This document shows positions 56,249 to 64,000 of a stretch of 64,000 nt of DNA, in pieces. A program made the position numbers and the translations under genes. Below the pieces are notes generated by a model. It had not been told where the DNA came from. It did not search any database and saw nothing but the letters and a program-made list of their open reading frames with translations. How positions within the stretch are numbered: position 1 is the first letter of the stretch; each line of letters starts with the position of its first letter. The stretch comes from an uncultured Clostridia bacterium (GTDB lineage Bacteria; Bacillota; Clostridia; Oscillospirales; CAG-272). Location of the stretch: the NCBI GenBank assembly GCA_947588825.1, contig CANPZU010000008.1, positions 1,031 through 65,030 of the forward strand, in the 5' to 3' direction.

Positions 56249-57682
56249 ATGGAAAACAGTTTTGCGAGCGTTCACCCGGAACTTGTTTCAGAGTGGTCGG
56301 AGAAAAATTCGCCGCTTACTCCCGAAGCGGTATCATACGGCTCCAATAAACTCTATTGGTGGCATGGTGCCTGCGGGCATGAATGGTCGGCAAGCGCCAA
56401 AAGCCGCCATGCCGGAGAAAAATGTCCGATCTGCTCCGGTGCACGAATCCTTGTGGGATTCAATGACCTTGCCACAGTGAAGCCTGAACTTGCCACAGAG
56501 TGGTCGGAGAAGAATAAGCCGCTTTTGCCCACAATGGTGACGGTCGGCTCTCATAAGAAAGTAATATGGAAAGGTAAATGCGGACACGAATGGGTGGCGC
56601 AGATCAAAAACCGGGTTCAACTGGATAGCGGATGCCCGTACTGCTCACACCGCAAGGTCTTAGTTGGATTTAATGACTTAGCATCCCTTTTCCCCGAAGT
56701 TGCCGCCGAATGGTCTGATCGGAACTTACCTTTGAAGCCTACGGATGTAATGGCTTTCGCCAATAAGAAGGTTTGGTGGAAATGCAGTCACGGACATGAG
56801 TGGTACACTCTTATTTCCACCCGTTCGGGCGGGAGCAAATGCCCCTATTGTAGCGGCATCACTGTGTTACCCGGATTCAATGATTTTCAAACGCTGTACC
56901 CGGAGCTTGCAGAGGAATGGTCGGAACGAAACGCCCCTTTGACGCCTGATTGTATCAGCGTGAAGTCACGGCAGAATGTATGGTGGAAATGCAAGGTCTG
57001 CGGGCATGAATGGAGGTCGGTCGTGTATTCCCGTATTCACGGAACGATCTGCCCCGTGTGTGCAGATAGAGCGGTGAAACCCGGATATAACGATTTGGCA
57101 ACTACCGATCCGTATTTACTGAAGGAATGGGATTTCGGGAAGAACCGCAAGTTTTCCCCCTACCATATTTCAAGAAACTCTCTGTATTGCGTGTGGTGGA
57201 AATGCAAGCACGGACACTCATGGAAAGCGACCGTCGCCGCGCGTGCAATCGACAAAGAGGAATGTCGGGTATGCGAAGCGGAATATTTGTGCGCATTTCC
57301 AAAACTGTTGACTGCCTATTATGCACGGTTGAAAGGCATACGAATTGAACTTGACTCGGACCAAAAGATCGGACTGCTGCTTGATACATATATGCCGGAC
57401 GAAGCGTTAGCGATTGAGTTTGGCGTTAGATATAACAAGGATATAGAGGAAGTAAAGAAATACATCTGTGCAAGGCACGGGATTCAAATTCGGCAAGTCG
57501 CTTTTCCGTCAGGAATGACGGAAGCTGAACTTGCAAAGAGAATCAAGAATGTGCTAAGGGAAAAACATATTTTCATCATCTCCGATGAGAAAAAAGACGT
57601 CCGTCAGGTGCGCAGACTCTTTTACGAATGGCGAGAGCGCTCCGAAAATAAAGGCTTTCATACTGACCGCGACGGCTCATGA
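56249..57682 (+). CDS. five-repeat treble-clef zinc-ribbon protein with restriction-endonuclease-like C-terminal domain
   Basis: Five units of about 68 aa: PEL-x-EWS-x-KN-x-PL-x-P...WWKC-x-GHEW...CP-x-C-x(4-6)-GFNDL. The tail LLDTYMPDEALAIEFG resembles the D...(D/E)-x-K core of Vsr/DUF559-type nucleases. Start at MENSF (56249) after AAGAGG. Confidence 0.7.
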   Translation: MENSFASVHPELVSEWSEKNSPLTPEAVSYGSNKLYWWHGACGHEWSASAKSRHAGEKCPICSGARILVGFNDLATVKPELATEWSEKNKPLLPTMVTVGSHKKVIWKGKCGHEWVAQIKNRVQLDSGCPYCSHRKVLVGFNDLASLFPEVAAEWSDRNLPLKPTDVMAFANKKVWWKCSHGHEWYTLISTRSGGSKCPYCSGITVLPGFNDFQTLYPELAEEWSERNAPLTPDCISVKSRQNVWWKCKVCGHEWRSVVYSRIHGTICPVCADRAVKPGYNDLATTDPYLLKEWDFGKNRKFSPYHISRNSLYCVWWKCKHGHSWKATVAARAIDKEECRVCEAEYLCAFPKLLTAYYARLKGIRIELDSDQKIGLLLDTYMPDEALAIEFGVRYNKDIEEVKKYICARHGIQIRQVAFPSGMTEAELAKRIKNVLREKHIFIISDEKKDVRQVRRLFYEWRERSENKGFHTDRDGS

Positions 57683-57700
57683 ACAAACTGTCGCGGTTTT
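57666..57700 (+). terminator. intrinsic terminator overlapping the stop codon
   Basis: ACCGCGAC / GTCGCGGT 8-bp stem followed by TTTTAT. Confidence 0.7.
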
Positions 57701-57759
57701 ATAATCCCTATAATCGGTTTCAAAATTTTATTGAATTTTTTTACAGGTCAGACTTAACT

Positions 57760-58200
57760 TTTGGCCTTTCCCACTCCGAACAAGTGAGAGGGACATGATT
57801 AAACTCCGATTCGGAGTGAAACTCCCCCGTGAACTTTGACAATTGAATAAGCAAACGTACAGGACGTTAATTCCGGCGATTAGCCACCGTAACGGGTACG
57901 CCAAGACCCTCGCAAAAGCGAGCAGAGCGAGAATCCCCGTTATGAGTATCGGGTTGCCCCCGATATGGCGATGACAACCGGAAGGATAATGCTACTTCCC
58001 TAAGGGGCTGGCGGAAAACCGGCAGAGGTGAAACTCCTATGATACGGTGCAGCACACCGTAACCTGTACGCTTCCCGGAATGCGAAGGTATACGCAGGGG
58101 GAGTCGAGGACAAATACTGCGTTTTATGATGAGCCGGTTCTATGATAAAGATAGTTCCGGCTGATACATAGCCGTAAGCGCGGTTATGAATCATAAGGAA
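57760..58200 (+). other. ORF-free, hairpin-dense region upstream of parA (candidate structured RNA leader or cis-acting DNA site)
   Basis: No sense ORF of 60 aa or more. At least seven local stem-loops and a duplicated motif pair (see findings). A weak promoter-like TTGAAT-N17-TTAACT lies at 57731-57759. Confidence 0.35.
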
Positions 58201-58215
58201 AGGAGAGAAAAGCCA

Positions 58216-59040
58216 ATGCAGAACTGTAAGACGGTTGCGATCTGCAATCAGAAAGGAGGCGTTGGAAAAACAACCACGACCGTTAATCTCGGCGTGGGAC
58301 TGGCCCGTGAGGGAAAGCGCGTGCTTCTTGTGGACGCCGACCCACAAGGCGATCTCACCACCTGCCTCGGCTGGCAGAACACGGACGCCATCCCGATTAC
58401 GCTTGCGACGAAACTGAAAGAGGTGATTTCGGACGAGCGAACAGATCCCTTTGCGGGGATTCTGTCCCATAAGGAAGGAATCGATCTACTCCCATCCAAT
58501 TTGGAGCTTGCGACAATGGAGATGAGTCTTGTTACCGCCATGTGCAGGGAAACGGCAATGCGAAGCTATTTGAATGAGGTCAAGGAAAACTATGACTACA
58601 TTCTTATAGACTGTATGCCGTCCCTCGGCATGGTCACGCTGAACGCGCTTGTCGCGGCGGACAGCGTCATTATCCCGGTACAGGCGCAGTATCTTCCGGC
58701 AAAAGGCATGACTCAGCTTCTTCAAACGGTAAACAAGGTCAAGCGGCACGTCAATTCCAATTTGAAAGTGGACGGAATCCTTCTGACCCTTGTGGACGGG
58801 AGAACGAACCTTGCCAAAAGCACGGTGGAAGCCCTGCAAACCGGGTTTGGCGGCGTGATGAAAATCTACCGTACTCCGATTCCGATTGCGGTCAAAGCGG
58901 CGGAGGTATGCTCGAAGGGGATGAGCATTTTTGCGTATGATCCGACAAGCAGCGTGGCAAAGGCGTACTCGGGATTCACAAAGGAGGTGATCGCCGATGG
59001 CAGGACGAAAGAGCGACTTCACGCTTCCGACGCTCGATGA
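58216..59040 (+). CDS. parA: ParA/Soj-family partition ATPase
   Basis: Deviant Walker A ICNQKGGVGKTTTTVNLG, then LLVDADPQGDLT and ILIDCMPSLG. ATG at 58216 after AAGGAAAGGAGAG. Confidence 0.9.
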   Translation: MQNCKTVAICNQKGGVGKTTTTVNLGVGLAREGKRVLLVDADPQGDLTTCLGWQNTDAIPITLATKLKEVISDERTDPFAGILSHKEGIDLLPSNLELATMEMSLVTAMCRETAMRSYLNEVKENYDYILIDCMPSLGMVTLNALVAADSVIIPVQAQYLPAKGMTQLLQTVNKVKRHVNSNLKVDGILLTLVDGRTNLAKSTVEALQTGFGGVMKIYRTPIPIAVKAAEVCSKGMSIFAYDPTSSVAKAYSGFTKEVIADGRTKERLHASDAR

Positions 59041-59944
59041 TCTGTTCTCCTCGCAGGAGGAACGGGACGAGGCGAAGCTGGCGAAAATCCGGGACATTCC
59101 GCTAAGCGAGATCGACGGTTTTCCCGATCATCCCTTTAAGGTAAGGGACGATGAAGATATGCTTCAACTCGTGGAAAGCGTGAAGGAGCGCGGGGTGATT
59201 ACTCCGGCTACGGTTCGCCAAAAGGAAGATGGGCGGTATGAGATCGTTTCGGGACACCGGCGAAAGCGAGCCTGCGAGCTTGCGGGAATGGACACCCTGC
59301 GATGCGAGGTCGTAGAGCTGAACAAGGAGGAAGCGACCATTCTGATGGTGGAAAGCAACTTCCAGCGGTCGCAGATTCTTCCCAGCGAGAAAGCCTTTGC
59401 CTACAAAATGCGTTTAGAGGCTATGAATAGGCAAGGTCAACGCACAGATTTGACTTCTACGCCACTGGCGCAGAAGTTGGAGCGGGGAAAAGTTTCGGCG
59501 GCGGTAGTCGGCGAAGAACTTGGGGATAGTAAAGACCAAGTGCGCCGTTTCATTCGTCTAACAAACCTTGTTCCCGAGCTGCTTGAATTTGTAGATGAAG
59601 GGCGCATAAAAATGCGCCCCGCCGTGGAGCTGTCCTACCTCGACGAGGACTGCCAACGGGACGTGGTGGAGGAAATCGACTTGAACGACTGCACCCCGTC
59701 CCACGATCAGACCATCCGAATGAGAAAGATGTTCGACGAGGGCAGACTGACCACCGAAGCGATCTCTGCCATCATGTCCGAGCAGAAACCGAATCAGAAG
59801 GACAGGTTCGTTCTTCGGGGCGACAGGCTCAAGGAGTTGATTCCAAGCAGTATTCCGCTCAGTCAAAGGGAGGATTACGTTTGCAAGGCACTCGAACACT
59901 ATCGCAAATTTCTCAAAAGCCGCTCCGAACGGGATTCGAGGTAG
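58997..59944 (+). CDS. parB: ParB/Spo0J-like partition protein (ParB/sulfiredoxin N-terminal domain)
   Basis: IPLSEIDGFPDHPFKVRDDEDMLQLVESVKERGVITPATVRQKEDGRYEIVSGHRRKRACELAG. AAGGAGG RBS. The start overlaps the parA 3' end by 44 nt. Confidence 0.88.
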   Translation: MAGRKSDFTLPTLDDLFSSQEERDEAKLAKIRDIPLSEIDGFPDHPFKVRDDEDMLQLVESVKERGVITPATVRQKEDGRYEIVSGHRRKRACELAGMDTLRCEVVELNKEEATILMVESNFQRSQILPSEKAFAYKMRLEAMNRQGQRTDLTSTPLAQKLERGKVSAAVVGEELGDSKDQVRRFIRLTNLVPELLEFVDEGRIKMRPAVELSYLDEDCQRDVVEEIDLNDCTPSHDQTIRMRKMFDEGRLTTEAISAIMSEQKPNQKDRFVLRGDRLKELIPSSIPLSQREDYVCKALEHYRKFLKSRSERDSR

Positions 59945-60080
59945 TAGGAAGATCACCCCCTTTCCCACACTCTAACCCTTTAGAAAGCAACCGACCAGCC
60001 GAAAAGGAATCAAAGGGTAATCGCATCTTTGCAAAAAAGAAAAATCTTTTATAGAATGGAGGCGAAAAGGAGATGGTCGT

Positions 60081-61001
60081 ATGAAACGCATGATTTTCGC
60101 ATTTGTGCTGCTTTTAGCGCTGACAGCAACTGGATGTGTGACGGGAAGTTTGCCGCCGCAGGAAGCAAAAACATTCTTTGCACAGACCTTTTCTTCGGCC
60201 GGTAACGGGGACGACCGCATACCGGAGACGATCGCCGAACAGGAGACGATGGCGACACCCGAAAGGGTCGAGCCGGAAAACGCCGAGCCGGAAATCCTGA
60301 CCGAAAAAACGGACGCTTCTATGCCGAACGCGCCGGATTCCTCGCATGACACAGCGACAGACGAGGCGAAAGCCTCCGAAAGCGACGTCCCGGAAACGGC
60401 CAATGCGGTCGAAACCGCAGAAGCGGATAAGCCGGCAGAAACGCAAAAGCCGCAAGGATTGCCGCCTGTTTCGGAAACCGCGAATCCCTCCGTGACGGAA
60501 GAACCGCCCGAAACCGAATCCCCCAAGACCGTGCCGCCTGCGCCCGAACCTCCGAAAACGGAAGAACCTCCCGAACCGGTGAATCCGCCAAAGACGGAAC
60601 CGCCCGTAACGACCGAACCGCCAAAGCCTACGGAACCGCCCGTAACGGAAGAACCGCCTGCGCCCGAAGAACCGGAACCGCCGAAAGAACCGACACAGGC
60701 GGACTTCGACCGAATTATAGCCGAAGTCAGAGCCTACGCCGAAAGCTATCGGGACAAGGGGTTCACTTTCGAATGGGACGACGCTATGGAGTTCGGCTGG
60801 GAGGTCGGCTGGTTTGGCGCGCCGAGCGTGAAATACGACGGCGTGGACGGTGTGATCGAGATTCTCAAACTCCATGTCGACCGCATATACAAGGCGGCGA
60901 CGGATTCCAAAAAAGGCGTACCGTCAAGCGTCATGCCCTACAAAGTCGTGCAAATCGACGCGGACGGAGAGATAGCCTTCGCCGTGATTTACGGCGGATG
61001 A
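60081..61001 (+). CDS. lipoprotein with Pro/Glu/Thr-rich linker and unknown C-terminal domain
   Basis: Lipobox MKRMIFAFVLLLALTATGC. The linker PPKTEPPVTTEPPKPTEPPVTEEPPAPEEPEPPKEP is encoded by imperfect GAACCGCC-type repeats (about 60490-60690). AAAAGGAG RBS. Confidence 0.7.
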   Translation: MKRMIFAFVLLLALTATGCVTGSLPPQEAKTFFAQTFSSAGNGDDRIPETIAEQETMATPERVEPENAEPEILTEKTDASMPNAPDSSHDTATDEAKASESDVPETANAVETAEADKPAETQKPQGLPPVSETANPSVTEEPPETESPKTVPPAPEPPKTEEPPEPVNPPKTEPPVTTEPPKPTEPPVTEEPPAPEEPEPPKEPTQADFDRIIAEVRAYAESYRDKGFTFEWDDAMEFGWEVGWFGAPSVKYDGVDGVIEILKLHVDRIYKAATDSKKGVPSSVMPYKVVQIDADGEIAFAVIYGG

Positions 61002-61027
61002 AAAAATAAAAGTTATATAAGCGCTTG

Positions 61028-61061
61028 GCGCCGAGACGAAAAAAGTCCCGGCGCTTTTTTT
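61028..61061 (+). terminator. intrinsic terminator
   Basis: GCGCCG / CGGCGC stem followed by a T7 run. Confidence 0.8.
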
Positions 61062-61094
61062 GCGCCCAAAAGCAAATAAGAAAGGACAAAGCAA

Positions 61095-64000
61095 ATGAAA
61101 AGAATATTCAAATCGGGCAAAAGAAGATGGATTGCCCTGCTGCTGACGGTCGTGACCGTGATGTCGGTTTTCGTTCCTTTTACGGCGTATGCCGCTTCCG
61201 ACAGCCTTCTTGATATGGCGACGGCGGAAGTTTCGTGGAACTATACTCTGAAAGACGAGGAAGGAAACACGTTCAGCGCCGGATACGGAATCAGCGCCAA
61301 GGATAACGTATTCGGACAGCGGGTCAGCGACGGGTTTCGCAGTATGCACGATTACTCCGCAAAACGAATCGGCATAAGTGATGACAAAGACGAGTGGGTA
61401 TACGGCAAAGACTATATCTACTGCTTTTGCATCGAACACGGCGTACCGCTGCCGAACTCCCACGAGTATATCGGTTCGGTGGAGCCTACTCACGGGAACA
61501 AGTATGAAATGCTTTCCCCGGAGCAGAAAGACCTGCTGAGTCTTGCCCTGCTCTACGGCTATCCGAATATGGAAGGAATCGATACGCCGTATAAGGCCAA
61601 TGCAAGCTACGCCGCGACCCAACTCGTCGTCTGGCAGATCACGCTCGGTTTCCGCACTTCCCCCACGGAGCTTGACGATAAAAGCCACCCGATTGAGGGA
61701 TACACCGGGACGATGACCGAGCAGTATACCTCCAACAAGTACCTGAAATATTACTACGACCTTATTCTGGAAAAGATGGAAAAGCACGAAGTGCGTCCCT
61801 CTTTTACGAGCAGCAGCTCCTACGGCGCCCCAACCTATTCGATGGAGTATAAGGACGGCAAGTACACCGTTACGCTGACCGATACGAATCGTGTTCTTAG
61901 CGAATACTCGCTGACTTCATCGGGCGGTGTGAGCGTCAGCATAAGCGGGAACACGATGACGCTTTCATCAAGTACCCCGATCAACGACGCCGTTTCGGTG
62001 AAACTCAATCGCAAACTCCACTCGACGACGATGACAACCAATTTCCTGATCTGGAGCGTACCCGGACATGAGGACGAAAATCAGGACATGGTGTCCGGCG
62101 TACCCGAACGAAACGATCCCTGTCCGGCGTTCCTAAAGGTGCAGACCACGTCCGGCGGTATGAAAATCGTCAAGACCTCGGAGGACGGCAAGGTAGACGG
62201 CGTCAAGTTCCGTGTGGAGGGCAACGGTATCAATCAGACCGTCACCACCAAAAACGGCGGACAGATTCTGGTTGATAACCTTCGCCCCGGCGTGTATACC
62301 GTGACCGAGCAAACGGAAAACAGATACGAGCCGCAGGAAAGCCGGACGGTGACGGTGGTTTCCGGGCAGACGGCGACTGTGACCTTCAATAATAAACTGA
62401 AGCGTGGCGATCTCACCGTCAGAAAAGTTGCCGAGGACGGATTGGACGAGGGTGTGAAATTTCACCTGTTTGGGACTTCGCTCTCCGGACTTGCGGTGGA
62501 TGAGTATGCCATCGTCGGTTCGGACGGTAAGGCATATTTTAGGGATGTGCTTGTGGGGACGAGCTACACCCTCGAAGAAGTGGATACCCCGGACAGATAT
62601 GTTGTACCTGACGATCAGACCGTGGAAATCGAGTGGAACAAAGTTACGAACAAAACTTTTGACAACAACCTCAAGCGCGGCGATCTGACAGTCACCAAGA
62701 CCGCCGAGGACGGACTGACCGAAGGAATGAGATTTCATCTGTACGGAACGTCGTACAGCGGAAGCAAAGTTGATGAGTACGCTACGGTCGGAAGAGACGG
62801 CAAGGCATATTTCAAAGACGTGTTGATTGGTACAGGATATACGCTGGAAGAAGTCGGAACGCCTGACAGATACGTCATCCCCGACAAGCAGACCGCCGAC
62901 ATCGAGTGGAACAAAGTTACAAACAAAGACTTCGAGAATAACCTCAAGCGCGGCGATCTCACCGTAACCAAAACCGCCGAGGACGGACTGGAACAGGGAG
63001 CAAAATTTCACCTGTTCGGCACTTCGCTCTCCGGGCTTGCTGTGGACGAGTATGCCATCGTCGGCTCTGACGGCAAGGCATATTTCAAAGACGTGTTGAT
63101 CGGCACGGGATATACGCTGGAAGAAGTCGGAACTCCCGACAGATATATTGTGCCGGACGATCAAAAGGCGGATATCGAATGGAAAAAGGTTACGAACAAA
63201 TCATTCGACAATGACCTCAAGCGTGGCGATCTGACTGTCACCAAAACCGCCGAAGATGGGCTTCAGGAGGGGCTTCGATTTCACCTCTACGGCAAATCCT
63301 ACAGCGGCCTTACGGTGGACGAATATGCGACGGTTGGTGCAGACGGCAGGGCGTATTTTACGGACATTCTCATCGGGAAGGACTATCTTCTGGAAGAGGT
63401 GGGCAGTCCCGACCGATACGTCATTCCTGATGTGCAGAGCGCCGTTGTGGAATGGAATACGGTCACCCAAAAGTCGGTGGATAACCCGCTGAAAAAGTGG
63501 AACCTGACCGTTACCAAGCGGGACAGCGAAACGGGTGCGCCGCAGGGCGACGGCTCGCTTGCAGGAGCGGTGTACGGTATCTACAAAGACGGCGAACTAA
63601 TCGACCGCTATATGACCGATGAAAGCGGCAGTTTCACGACGAAATGGTATATCTGCGGCGACGGCTGGACGCTTCGTGAGATCACGCCTTCCGAGGGCTA
63701 TCTGATTGACCCGACCGAGTATCCCATCGGCGCGGAGGCGAGAAACTACACCGTCGAATACAATCCGCTGTCGAAAACCGTGACGGAGGATATTGCCAAA
63801 GGCAAAATCTCCATCATCAAGCACACAGACGATGGATCAACCAAAATTGAAACGCCGGAAGTCGGAGCTACCTTCGAGGTATATCTGAAATCCGCAGGCA
63901 GTTATGCGGCGGCGAAGGAAACCGAGCGCGACCGCCTTGTCTGCGACGAGAACGGCTTTGCCGAAACCAAGAAATTGCCCTATGGCGTGTACACCGTTCA
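61095..64000 (+). CDS. large surface adhesin: signal peptide, thioester (TED)-like domain, tandem Cna-B/SpaA-type prealbumin-fold repeats; 3' end outside window
   Basis: Not in the ORF track (no stop in the window). ATG at 61095 after AAAGGA. Signal peptide ends in FTAYAAS. YCFCIEHG plus AATQLVVWQI fit the Cys...TQxx(I/V)W thioester pattern. Repeated LKRGDLTVTKTAEDGL...FHLYG...YTLEEVGTPDRYV units follow. Confidence 0.8.
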   Translation, partial: MKRIFKSGKRRWIALLLTVVTVMSVFVPFTAYAASDSLLDMATAEVSWNYTLKDEEGNTFSAGYGISAKDNVFGQRVSDGFRSMHDYSAKRIGISDDKDEWVYGKDYIYCFCIEHGVPLPNSHEYIGSVEPTHGNKYEMLSPEQKDLLSLALLYGYPNMEGIDTPYKANASYAATQLVVWQITLGFRTSPTELDDKSHPIEGYTGTMTEQYTSNKYLKYYYDLILEKMEKHEVRPSFTSSSSYGAPTYSMEYKDGKYTVTLTDTNRVLSEYSLTSSGGVSVSISGNTMTLSSSTPINDAVSVKLNRKLHSTTMTTNFLIWSVPGHEDENQDMVSGVPERNDPCPAFLKVQTTSGGMKIVKTSEDGKVDGVKFRVEGNGINQTVTTKNGGQILVDNLRPGVYTVTEQTENRYEPQESRTVTVVSGQTATVTFNNKLKRGDLTVRKVAEDGLDEGVKFHLFGTSLSGLAVDEYAIVGSDGKAYFRDVLVGTSYTLEEVDTPDRYVVPDDQTVEIEWNKVTNKTFDNNLKRGDLTVTKTAEDGLTEGMRFHLYGTSYSGSKVDEYATVGRDGKAYFKDVLIGTGYTLEEVGTPDRYVIPDKQTADIEWNKVTNKDFENNLKRGDLTVTKTAEDGLEQGAKFHLFGTSLSGLAVDEYAIVGSDGKAYFKDVLIGTGYTLEEVGTPDRYIVPDDQKADIEWKKVTNKSFDNDLKRGDLTVTKTAEDGLQEGLRFHLYGKSYSGLTVDEYATVGADGRAYFTDILIGKDYLLEEVGSPDRYVIPDVQSAVVEWNTVTQKSVDNPLKKWNLTVTKRDSETGAPQGDGSLAGAVYGIYKDGELIDRYMTDESGSFTTKWYICGDGWTLREITPSEGYLIDPTEYPIGAEARNYTVEYNPLSKTVTEDIAKGKISIIKHTDDGSTKIETPEVGATFEVYLKSAGSYAAAKETERDRLVCDENGFAETKKLPYGVYTV
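62397..63488 (+). repeat. 4 x 273-bp in-frame tandem repeats (91-aa Cna-B-like modules) in A-B-A-B order
   Basis: Units start at 62397, 62670, 62943 and 63216 (CT[GC]AAGCG[TC]GGCGATCT). Units 1 and 3 share FHLFGTSLSGLAVDEYAIVGSDGKAYF. Units 2 and 4 share FHLYG.SYSG..VDEYATVG.DG.AYF. Confidence 0.9.

Larger units (their letters stand above)
55994..64000. mobile_element. ICE-like element, left part (begins after lysS, continues beyond window)
   Basis: Visibly higher GC than the backbone. Contains a parA/parB pair, a Pro-rich lipoprotein and a thioester/Cna-B surface adhesin, which is a typical Firmicutes conjugative-element module. No integrase or T4SS genes fall inside the window, so the call is provisional and the left edge is not mapped. 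Confidence 0.5.

Noticed and set aside
57963-58014. UAUGG and CCUAAG, the two halves of the 11-nt GAAA tetraloop receptor
   Set aside because: The flanking nucleotides do not form the required continuous helix, and short motifs like these are expected by chance in 500 nt.
57816-58037. GTGAAAC half-sites resembling chromosomal parS (TGTTTCAC-GTGAAACA)
   Set aside because: Neither copy is part of a palindrome, so only the half-site matches. They are kept as part of the duplicated-motif observation, not called parS.
58132-58162. Group II intron domain V-like hairpin (AGC at the base of a two-part stem)
   Set aside because: The internal loop is symmetric (UU/UU) rather than a 2-nt bulge, and the loop is 7 nt rather than GNRA. 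There is no GUGYG 5' end and no intron-encoded protein. The region is too short for an intron.
59972-60875. Minus-strand ORFs of 184 aa and 253 aa opposite the Pro-rich lipoprotein gene
   Set aside because: Their Arg/Phe/Gly-rich translations are the antisense image of the GAACCGCC-type Pro/Glu repeats. They have no RBS.
62133-63164. 343-aa minus-strand ORF inside the adhesin repeats
   Set aside because: It is repeat-generated antisense open frame. The sense strand encodes well-formed Cna-B-like modules.
62401-63240. RGD tripeptide in every adhesin repeat (LKRGDLTV)
   Set aside because: It lies in a predicted beta-strand start of a conserved module. It is most likely structural, and there is no basis here to claim integrin binding.
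62397-63488. Regularly spaced repeats as a possible CRISPR array; also the 10-11 bp repeats at 1899-1958
   Set aside because: The 273-bp units are contiguous, in-frame coding repeats with no spacers. The short repeats have no spacers either. No cas genes are present.

Overview
The backbone looks like the chromosome of an endospore-forming Clostridia member (Firmicutes-type RBSs, many TTGAnA-N17-TGnTATAAT promoters, spoVT). The taxon is a guess; possibly Oscillospiraceae. Housekeeping content in order: partial hypothetical gene, rsmA/ksgA, tRNA-Thr(CGU), a secreted BSP-like peptidase with a discoidin domain, a cohesin-like surface protein, spoVT, a DUF4349-like lipoprotein, a complete glycogen cluster (glgB-glgC-glgD, glgA, glgP, GH13 enzyme), an MBL-fold lipoprotein, a NERD-like membrane protein, nfeD plus an SPFH/stomatin gene, rpmG-secE-nusG-rplK-rplA, a CPBP-like membrane protein, pepD, PIG-L deacetylase plus YfhO, pheS-pheT behind a T-box leader, two secreted/membrane hypotheticals, rsmE, a PucR/CdaR regulator, ftsE-ftsX, M23 peptidase, S41 Ctp protease, greA and lysS. 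Two regions look foreign. (1) About 20.2-27.6 kb is a decayed integrative island. It starts with a C-terminal remnant of a large serine recombinase. It then carries one promoter-to-terminator operon: HTH protein, 2-TM/helical unknown protein, Type III mod, Type III res, and two AT-rich unknown ORFs that look like one gene split at an A-run. This operon is my best candidate for an undescribed defence-type system. (2) From about 56 kb, just after lysS, to the window end is an ICE-like segment. It holds a five-repeat zinc-ribbon protein with a nuclease-like tail, a roughly 500-nt ORF-free hairpin-rich region, overlapping parA/parB, a Pro-rich lipoprotein and a large thioester-domain/Cna-B-repeat adhesin that runs off the window. 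No rRNA and no CRISPR array were seen. All calls rest on reading the translations and the DNA by eye; no database search was run.
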